DNA of 17,506 nt from an uncultured bacterium. Its GTDB lineage: Bacteria; Gemmatimonadota; Gemmatimonadetes; Gemmatimonadales; Gemmatimonadaceae. Under the pieces are notes generated by a model. The model was not told the DNA's origin. It ran no database searches and saw only the letters and a program-made list of their open reading frames with translations. The DNA lies in the NCBI GenBank assembly GCA_963978095.1, contig CAXBQP010000057.1:1-17506 (forward strand). The letters are read 5' to 3'. A program made the position numbers and the translations under genes. Of this stretch, positions 8,035-15,027 are shown in pieces; position 1 is the stretch's first letter, and the number at the start of each line of letters is the position of its first letter.

Positions 8035-9032
8035 GCGGCGCGCGGACGCGCGCTGGCGCCTGCGCGGCAGGGCCGCGCCGCGGTTTCGCGATGATGGCGG
8101 CCATCTGGCTCACCGTGGCGATCGCGGTCGTGGCGCTCGAGTTCGCGCGGGACGCGAAAGAGCGGCGGACGCTCGGGGTGGATGCGGCAGAGCGCGGGGC
8201 GGGACGGGCCGCTGCGCTCGGCGTGTTGGCCCAGACGCAGGCCCGGCTGGAGCGGGCGATCCGCCAAGTGGCACAGAGCGGCAACACCAACCCCGTACTG
8301 CGGAGCAGCGATCCCTGGCTCGACGTGGATTCGCTGTTCTCCGGCTCGGTCAGTGCCGACAGCGCGGTCCAGGTCACGCTGCGGGCCCGCGACCTCGGGG
8401 CACAGCTCAACGTGAATCTGCTCAGCGAGGACGAACTCAAGACGTTTTTCGGCTACACGCTGAACGACTACTCGATCGCGGATCAGCTGGCGCAGTCGAT
8501 CATGGACTGGCGCGATGCCGATGACATCGCGCGTCCTCGAGGGGGAGAACGCGACGCCTACCTCAAGGCCAAGCGCCTCGCCCTGCCGTCCAACGCGAAC
8601 TTCCGCGACCTCGCCGAACTCCTCGACGTGCAAGGGATCACGCCCCAGATTTACGAGAAGGTTGCGCCATTCCTCACGGTACGCGGGAACGGCACCGTGA
8701 ACCTCAATACGGCACCGGCGCAGGTGCTCCGTCCATTACCCGGGATGACCGATGCGATTCTCACGCGCATCCTTGCGTTGCGTTCGCAAGGCCGCCGGAT
8801 CAGCAACGCCGCCGACGTGTTCCCGAGGGGAACGGGACGCGGGATGGGCGGTCGCGGGGGTCCCCAGCCGTCTCCGACACAGGCCCGTCTGCTCGCCCGG
8901 ACGACCGTGAATACCACGAGCGTCGAACTGACCATCACGGCGCGGCCGGGGGTTCAGGCCGACCCCGTGCAGCTCCTCGCGATCGTGCAACGCGTGGGGC
9001 AGAACGCGAGCATTTCCTGGAGGCAGTGGTGA
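8031..9032 (+). CDS. gspK: T2SS minor pseudopilin GspK (333 aa)
   Basis: RRG|FAMMAAIW (no Glu+5, typical of GspK), LNVNL, IMDWRDADD, ELLDVQGIT and VNLNTAPAQVL. ATGA coupling at 8031-8034. Confidence 0.9.
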   Translation: MSGARTRAGACAAGPRRGFAMMAAIWLTVAIAVVALEFARDAKERRTLGVDAAERGAGRAAALGVLAQTQARLERAIRQVAQSGNTNPVLRSSDPWLDVDSLFSGSVSADSAVQVTLRARDLGAQLNVNLLSEDELKTFFGYTLNDYSIADQLAQSIMDWRDADDIARPRGGERDAYLKAKRLALPSNANFRDLAELLDVQGITPQIYEKVAPFLTVRGNGTVNLNTAPAQVLRPLPGMTDAILTRILALRSQGRRISNAADVFPRGTGRGMGGRGGPQPSPTQARLLARTTVNTTSVELTITARPGVQADPVQLLAIVQRVGQNASISWRQW

Positions 9033-10420
9033 GTCGCTCCGGCCCTGGGATCGGGATCTGCATCTCCGCGGACCGGGTGACGGCGACTCCCGGGCGCGGT
9101 GCACCGGGACGTACCGGCTGGAGCGCCGAACTCCACGCTCCCGAAGGGACCTCATGGCCTTCGCTCGAAGCAGCCCTGAGCGCGCTGGCCGCGGTCACCG
9201 ACGGTGAGTCGCGGGCGTTGTACGTTGCCCTCGCGGCCCCGTTGATCGAGCTGCGGACGATCGCGTTGCCGCCGCTTGACGAGGAGGCGCTGCACCTCTT
9301 GTTGTCACGGCATGCCGGGCGCTATTTCCTCGGCGCCCGCGGGCCGCAGGTCGTGGGGGCCCTTCGTGAGGAAGCGGCCACGCGCTCGACCGGGGCGTCT
9401 GACGGCAGCACGGCGCGCCCGGTGATGGTGGCTGCGGCAGCCGCCCGTCTGGTCACCGCGATCGAGACCGCGGCGCACGCCTCGGGGTGGCAGGTCGCGG
9501 CGATTGTGCCGCTGGAGGCGGCTGTCGCGGCGGCGGTCGGCTCCCGGGACGGCGGGGAGCTGTGTGTCCTGGCCGTTCAGGGCGCCGACACGATGGATGT
9601 GCTGGACGTCGCGGCGGGCTCGCTGCGTGGCGTGCGCCGTTTGCGCGGCGGCGCAGCGGACAGCGCGTTGTTGACGCAACTCACCGCGGGGAAGCGGACC
9701 CACGTCGTCGGCGCCACCGATGCGGCGCTGGCGGCAACCTTGGCGGACCGCGGTCTGAGCGCGGCGCGTGGCACTGACGCGAGCGAGGAGCTCGCGCGAG
9801 TCGCGGCCCGAGGCGCACCGCTCGCCGCGGGACCAATCCTGGCGAGTGACGATCTGCGCGCGACGCGTGCCGCTCGGCAGGCGCGTCTCGCCCGCTGGCT
9901 GTGGGGCGCCGCCGCCGCGCTGCTGGTCGCCACGGCAGGACTCGAGTGGTGGGGTGTGTCACGCGAGCTTGCCGCCGTGGATGCGGAGCGTGCGCTGCTT
10001 CGTCCGACGCTCGGAACCACGCTCGTCGGGCGATCGACGGTCGAGACGGCGTATCGCCGGCTCGGGGAGCTCCAGGCTACGGAACACGATGCGCCACAGT
10101 GGTCGCGCGTGGTGGCCGCCCTGGCCAGCGATCTCCCCGAGGGCTCATTCATGACGACGTTCCGCGGCCGCGGCGACTCGCTGGTGATCGATGGCCTCGC
10201 GGAGCGCGCGGCCGGCGTCTTCGAGTCGTTGGAGCGTACGCCGATCTTCGCCGGCGCCCGATCGGCGGCGCCGGTCCGCCGGGAAATCCAGGACGGCGGC
10301 ACCGCGTTGGAACATTTCACGATCGCGCTCCGCCTGGCCGGACTCGCACCGCGTCCGCCATCGCCTGCGATGACGGACGTCGGCCCGGGACCGCGCCCGG
10401 GCCCAGGGAGCAGCCGATGA
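9029..10420 (+). CDS. gspL: GspL-like assembly protein (cytoplasmic actin-like region + TM + PilN-like periplasmic domain)
   Basis: Large N-terminal region with an IALPP motif, one TM segment (WLWGAAAALLVATAGL), a coiled coil, and a PilN-like LPEGSFMTTF...LVIDGLA...LEHFTIAL domain. Lies between K and M. GTGA coupling at 9029; 9026 is an alternative start. Confidence 0.75.
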   Translation: MSRSGPGIGICISADRVTATPGRGAPGRTGWSAELHAPEGTSWPSLEAALSALAAVTDGESRALYVALAAPLIELRTIALPPLDEEALHLLLSRHAGRYFLGARGPQVVGALREEAATRSTGASDGSTARPVMVAAAAARLVTAIETAAHASGWQVAAIVPLEAAVAAAVGSRDGGELCVLAVQGADTMDVLDVAAGSLRGVRRLRGGAADSALLTQLTAGKRTHVVGATDAALAATLADRGLSAARGTDASEELARVAARGAPLAAGPILASDDLRATRAARQARLARWLWGAAAALLVATAGLEWWGVSRELAAVDAERALLRPTLGTTLVGRSTVETAYRRLGELQATEHDAPQWSRVVAALASDLPEGSFMTTFRGRGDSLVIDGLAERAAGVFESLERTPIFAGARSAAPVRREIQDGGTALEHFTIALRLAGLAPRPPSPAMTDVGPGPRPGPGSSR

Positions 10421-11070
10421 ACGTCGGGAACCTCTCCGCCAGCGAGCGCCGGACCGTCGCGATTGGTGCGGGCATCCTGCTCGCGGCCGGTGTCTTCGTG
10501 TGGGGCGTGAAGCCGTTCACCGCGGCACTTGGCGCGGCCAAGGACCGGTTGCGCGTCGAACGGGAGACCCTCGCCCGAGAGCGCGCCGCGGTCGCACAGG
10601 CTCGGGCGAACCCCGGGCTCCAGCACCGTGCGGACTCCGTGATGGCGTTGACGACGCCGCGTCTCTTCTCGGGACGCGACGACGTGATGGCCAGCGCGGA
10701 CCTGGTCGCGTATCTCGGCGACATGTCGCGCCGGGCGCGCGTGCTCCTGCAGGACGCGGCAACGCGACCGGGCTCCACCACCCCATCCGGCGTTCGAACG
10801 TTGCGCGTCGACATCCGCGCGGAGTCGGACCTGCAGGGGATTCTGACGCTGCTGCAGACGTTGGAACGGGGCGACAAGTTGATTCGGGTCGAGCGGATCG
10901 ATCTGTCTCGGCTGCCGAACGCGAGCGACGACGACAAATCCGAGACCCTGTCACTGTCGGCGACGATCACGGGATTCGCGCTCCCCGCCGAGCCGCTGGG
11001 CGCGTCGGCCCAGGGCGGCGCGCGTGACGCCACGTCACCTGGGGCCTCGCGCAAGGAGGGGGATCGGTGA
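10417..11070 (+). CDS. gspM: GspM-like (PilO/GspM family) protein, 217 aa
   Basis: LSASERR + TM + VKP N-terminus, coiled coil, and ferredoxin-like LQGILTLLQTLE...IRVERIDL...LSATITGF. ATGA coupling at 10417, not the track's 9901. Confidence 0.8.
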   Translation: MNVGNLSASERRTVAIGAGILLAAGVFVWGVKPFTAALGAAKDRLRVERETLARERAAVAQARANPGLQHRADSVMALTTPRLFSGRDDVMASADLVAYLGDMSRRARVLLQDAATRPGSTTPSGVRTLRVDIRAESDLQGILTLLQTLERGDKLIRVERIDLSRLPNASDDDKSETLSLSATITGFALPAEPLGASAQGGARDATSPGASRKEGDR

Positions 11071-11570
11071 ACCGCGCGTCCCCGTTTGCCTCCGTGTTGC
11101 GAGACCCCGCGGTGCGACGCGCGGCGATCGCCGTCGGGCTGTCGGCGCTACTGTGCGTCGGCGTCGGGGTGCGCGCGATTCGCATCGAGGAGATCCCCGA
11201 CGCGGCGGGCGCACCGATCGATGCGACGCTGCTCGCCAACCCCGGGGCGCGTGAATCAGCCGACATCGGCAACACCGTCGCGTTGGATCCGTTCTCCGCC
11301 TCGCGCGCCGCGCCCGTCAAGCGGTACACGATGCCGTGGGAGATCGGCGAGACAAAGGTCACCGAGGCGGCGCCCAAACCGCAGGTCTTGGGCACGGCGA
11401 TCGCGCTGGACGGAAAAAACTTTGCGACCTGCCAGCTCGGCGCCGAGTCGCCGCGCATCGTGCATGTCGGCGACCGGCTGGGAGAGTATACCGTGAAATC
11501 CATCGCCCGCGGACGCGTGGTGTTCACCACGTCGTCGGGGAGCACCCTCGACATTTCCGCGCTCAAGTGA
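11067..11570 (+). CDS. GspC/PilP-like clamp protein without a PDZ domain (167 aa)
   Basis: N-terminal TM anchor, a DPF motif, and an HR-like beta domain (VLGTAI...FAT...VHVGDRLGEYTVKSIARGRVVF). Lies directly before the secretin. Confidence 0.65.
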   Translation: MNRASPFASVLRDPAVRRAAIAVGLSALLCVGVGVRAIRIEEIPDAAGAPIDATLLANPGARESADIGNTVALDPFSASRAAPVKRYTMPWEIGETKVTEAAPKPQVLGTAIALDGKNFATCQLGAESPRIVHVGDRLGEYTVKSIARGRVVFTTSSGSTLDISALK

Positions 11571-11584
11571 GGACGATTCCGACC

Positions 11585-13474
11585 ATGGCTCCACTGCCCC
11601 GACTGTTCCTGCTGACGACGCTGGCGGCATTGCCGCTCGGCGCGCAGAAGGCCAAGAAGCAGAATCCCCAGAGCGCATCGCCGCCGGACCCGAGCCCGCC
11701 GATGGCCGTTCCGGCAGCCAACGCGTCCGCGAAGAAGGACACCGTGACGGCCCGGAAAGCGGCGGACGGCTCCTATGTGCTCGACTTCCAGGACCAGGAC
11801 ATCCGGGTGGTCCTTTCGGCGTTGGCTGAAGCCGGCGGTTTGAATGTGTCCCTGAGCAATCTGCCGAGCCGTCGCGTGACGTTGCGCATGGGGCAGACCG
11901 CCTCCAAGGAGGCGTTGCTCAACGTGATGCGCGGCGTGGCGGCGGCCAATGACTTGAAGATCACGGAATCGCCGTCACTGATTCGTATCGAGGGCCCTGC
12001 GCCGGCCGCGACGCAAACGCCGTTGCAGACACTGCAGCAGCAACAGCAGCAGGCGCAACTCAAGTTGTACACGTACCGGCTCAAGCATGCGAGCGCGGTA
12101 CAGTTGGCACCGGTGTTGACGACGTTGCTCACCGGCGTCGGCACATCATCGACCGCCGGCCGCGGCGGCGCAGCGAACACGGGGCTGGGGGCGATCTTCC
12201 AACCCGGAGGCGCGGCTGGTGCGGGTGGCGCCGCGGGCGGACTTGGTGTACTGGGCGGCGTGGCGGCGGCCCAAGGAGGCCGCGGAGGCGGCGGAGGCGG
12301 CGGAGGCGCCGCGGGCGGAGGCCGCGGCGGTGGTGCCGGCGGTGGACTCGGAGGTGGCGGACTCGGCGGCGGCGCAGCCCAACAGGTCCTGCAGGCATTC
12401 CAGAATCAGCTGCTCGGCGGGGGGGCCGCGCTCTCCAACTCGGCCGCCGACATCCGCATCGTCGCCGAAGAGGTGACCAACTCCCTCCTGATTCGCGCGA
12501 CCAGCGATGACTGGGCGCTGTTGCAGTCGCTACTCGCGACGGTGGACCTCCGTCCCTTGCAAGTGCTGATCGAAGTCACAATCGCGCAGGTCCAGCGGAC
12601 CAAGGACCTCAACATCGGGTTGTCCGGGATTCAGACCAACAAGCAGAGCGCGACGGTCACCGACACCATGGCGCTACTCCCGGGCGCCGCCAGTGCGCGC
12701 GATTTCGTCCTGCAGCTGACCGGCGGCAAGGGGGCCATCAACTACAACGTGGCGATGAACGCCCTCTCCACACGCGGCGACGTCAAGGTGCTGTCGCTGC
12801 CCGTGATCATCGCCCAGAACAACAAGGAAGCGATCCTGAACGTGGGATCGCAGCGTCCATTCGTGCAGGTCTCGCAGAGCGTCGCCAGCGACCCCACCGG
12901 ACGCGTGCAGACCGTTCAGTACATCAACGTCGGAACAACGCTGACGATCACCCCCACGATCAATCCGGACGGATACGTCAATCTGGCGGTCAAGCAGACC
13001 GACAACGCCGCGACGAACGAGATCCAGTTCTCGGCGCCGGTCATCAGCACGCGGGAAGCGACGACGCAGGTGTTCCTGCGCGATGGCCAGACCACCGTCA
13101 TCGGCGGACTCGCCGACAACACGACGTCGAACTCGACATCGGGACTGCCGTACTTGTCGCGTCTGCCGCTGATCGGGTGGATCTTCGGCAACCAACAGAA
13201 GAGCACGGTGGCGAGTGAGCTCTTCCTGTTCTTGACGCCCCATGTCGTGTCGAGCGACGAGGACATCGACCGCTTGCGCCAGTCGGTCCAGACGGGGAGC
13301 GAACTGTTGCTCGACGTCCCCATCAACGGCCGCATCAGCCCGAGCGCCAAGGCCGATTCGATGCCGGGCGCGCCGAATGGTCCGAAGCCGCCCACCGCGC
13401 CGAAAGCCACCCCGGTGCTCAAGCCCGACTCCCTCGCACCGGGCAAGCGTCCGGGAACGCCGGGCACGCGCTGA
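11585..13474 (+). CDS. gspD: Outer-membrane secretin, GspD family (629 aa)
   Basis: Signal peptide MAPLPRLFLLTTLAALPLGA|Q, N0 domain (LDFQDQDIRVVL), N3 domain (YRLKHASA...TNSLLIRAT), and secretin core (QVLIEVTI, NNKEAILNVG, GTTLTITPTIN, RDGQTTVIGGL, GLPYLSRLPLIGWIF, ELFLFLTPHVV). GAGGA lies upstream of ATG 11585. Confidence 0.93.
   Translation: MAPLPRLFLLTTLAALPLGAQKAKKQNPQSASPPDPSPPMAVPAANASAKKDTVTARKAADGSYVLDFQDQDIRVVLSALAEAGGLNVSLSNLPSRRVTLRMGQTASKEALLNVMRGVAAANDLKITESPSLIRIEGPAPAATQTPLQTLQQQQQQAQLKLYTYRLKHASAVQLAPVLTTLLTGVGTSSTAGRGGAANTGLGAIFQPGGAAGAGGAAGGLGVLGGVAAAQGGRGGGGGGGGAAGGGRGGGAGGGLGGGGLGGGAAQQVLQAFQNQLLGGGAALSNSAADIRIVAEEVTNSLLIRATSDDWALLQSLLATVDLRPLQVLIEVTIAQVQRTKDLNIGLSGIQTNKQSATVTDTMALLPGAASARDFVLQLTGGKGAINYNVAMNALSTRGDVKVLSLPVIIAQNNKEAILNVGSQRPFVQVSQSVASDPTGRVQTVQYINVGTTLTITPTINPDGYVNLAVKQTDNAATNEIQFSAPVISTREATTQVFLRDGQTTVIGGLADNTTSNSTSGLPYLSRLPLIGWIFGNQQKSTVASELFLFLTPHVVSSDEDIDRLRQSVQTGSELLLDVPINGRISPSAKADSMPGAPNGPKPPTAPKATPVLKPDSLAPGKRPGTPGTR
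12035..12052 (+). repeat. CAG/CAA microsatellite encoding Q6 in the secretin N0-N3 linker
   Basis: cagcagcaacagcagcag. Confidence 0.8.
12131..12448 (+). repeat. Gly-rich low-complexity (GGN-rich) insert within the secretin N3 domain
   Basis: About 106 codons and about 45 Gly, including G8 and three RGG motifs. Confidence 0.85.
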
Positions 13475-13476
13475 CG

Positions 13477-15006
13477 ATGGCTGAGCCCACGGCACGGGAA
13501 AGCCTACGGCCATCCGCCGAGTTGCTCGACGTCGAGCGGTTGACGCCGTTGCTCACCGCCGATTGGCTGGAGCACGCCGGCCTGTTGCCACTCCGCCTCG
13601 AGGGGGGCACACTCGCGGTGGGGGTATGGCGTGACGACATCGACCCGCTCGCCCTCGACGACCTGCGCGTGATGTTCGGGGCGCCGGTCGCCCTGCTGCC
13701 GTACGCGGAACAGGAGCTGCGCAGCGCCATCCGACGCCTCTATGCGCCAGATGCGGTGACCGCCGAGGGATTGATCGCCGGACTGAGCGGCGAAGCGCGC
13801 ACCGTCAGCGACGAGGAGATCCCGCTCGACGATCTGCTCCACCTGGCGAACGAAGCCCCCGTGGTGCGGCTGGTCAACCTCTTGCTGATCGAGGCGTTGG
13901 ACGCGCGCGCCTCCGACGTTCATCTCGAGGGCTATCACGACGGCCTCCGGGTCCGGTATCGCGTGGATGGCGTCTTGCAGGACGCGCCCAGTCCGCCACC
14001 GCATCTGACCGCCGCGATCATCAGTCGACTCAAGATCATGGCGGAACTCGACATCGCGGAACGGCGCCTGCCGCAGGATGGTCGCATCCGGCTGCGGTTG
14101 CAGAACCGCCAGGTCGACGTCCGCGTCAGTACCGTTCCGACGCTGCGCGGCGAAAGCGTGGTGCTCCGCCTGCTCGACAAGGAGCGCGGCCGCGTCACGC
14201 TCACCGAACTCGGGATGGCGCCGGACACGTTCGAAGCGTTCAGCGAGGTCATCACCCGGCCCAACGGGATCGTACTCTGTACCGGCCCGACCGGCTCCGG
14301 CAAGACCACGACGCTCTACGCCGCCGTCGAGCAGATCCGGACCGGCAAGGAAAAGATTCTCACGGTCGAAGATCCGGTCGAGTACGAGTTGCCGGGGGTG
14401 CCGCAGGTCCCGGTCAACGAGAAGATCGGCGTGACGTTCGCCGGAGCGCTGCGTGCGCTGCTGCGCCAGGATCCCGACGTCATCCTCGTCGGGGAAATCC
14501 GCGATCCCGAGACCGCACAGATCGCCACGCAGGCGGCACTGACCGGTCACCTGGTGCTGAGCACCTTGCACACCAATGATGCGCCGAGTGCGCTCACGCG
14601 ACTGCTGGACCTGCAGATCGCCGCGTATCTCGTGGCGAGCACGGTCGACGCGGTGCTCGCCCAGCGACTGGTACGACAGATCTGCCCGCACTGCAAGTCC
14701 GAGACGAGACCGACGGACCACGAAGCGCGTCGCATGGACGTGGTCGGCCTCGGTCTGACTCACGTCTGGAGGGGGGCCGGGTGCGAGTCCTGCCGGTTCA
14801 CCGGCTATCGCGGACGCACCGGGGTGCACGAGCTGCTCGTGATGGACAACGATCTCCGGATCGAGGTCCAGAAGCGCCGCGGGTCGGAAGAACTCCGCGC
14901 CATGGCGATCGCCAAGGGGATGCGTACGTTGCAGGACGATGGGCTCCGGAAGGTGCGCGAGGGAACCACCACGCTCGAGGAAGTCATCAGGGTGGCGCGG
15001 GCGTAG
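13477..15006 (+). CDS. gspE: T2SS assembly ATPase GspE (509 aa)
   Basis: ASDVHLE, LDIAERRLPQDGR, Walker A GPTGSGKTT, Asp box TVEDPVEY, Walker B RQDPDVILVGEIRD, His box LSTLHTND, and the tetracysteine CPHC...CESC. Confidence 0.96.
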   Translation: MAEPTARESLRPSAELLDVERLTPLLTADWLEHAGLLPLRLEGGTLAVGVWRDDIDPLALDDLRVMFGAPVALLPYAEQELRSAIRRLYAPDAVTAEGLIAGLSGEARTVSDEEIPLDDLLHLANEAPVVRLVNLLLIEALDARASDVHLEGYHDGLRVRYRVDGVLQDAPSPPPHLTAAIISRLKIMAELDIAERRLPQDGRIRLRLQNRQVDVRVSTVPTLRGESVVLRLLDKERGRVTLTELGMAPDTFEAFSEVITRPNGIVLCTGPTGSGKTTTLYAAVEQIRTGKEKILTVEDPVEYELPGVPQVPVNEKIGVTFAGALRALLRQDPDVILVGEIRDPETAQIATQAALTGHLVLSTLHTNDAPSALTRLLDLQIAAYLVASTVDAVLAQRLVRQICPHCKSETRPTDHEARRMDVVGLGLTHVWRGAGCESCRFTGYRGRTGVHELLVMDNDLRIEVQKRRGSEELRAMAIAKGMRTLQDDGLRKVREGTTTLEEVIRVARA

Positions 15007-15027
15007 CTCCTGCGGCGAGATTTCGGG

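Noticed and set aside
12270..12375. G-rich repeats as a CRISPR array, ncRNA or regulatory G4
   Set aside because: Explained by in-frame Gly codons with varied third positions. There is no repeat-spacer structure.
13477..13750. c-di-GMP-binding MshEN motif in GspE
   Set aside because: No RLGxxL(L/V/I)xxG motif. Only the ordinary N1-type region is present.
4795..15006. Interpretation as a type IVa pilus, Tad or competence system
   Set aside because: The GspG Ca-loop signature and GspK motifs are T2SS-specific, and no PilT, separate PilM or Flp/Tad genes are present.
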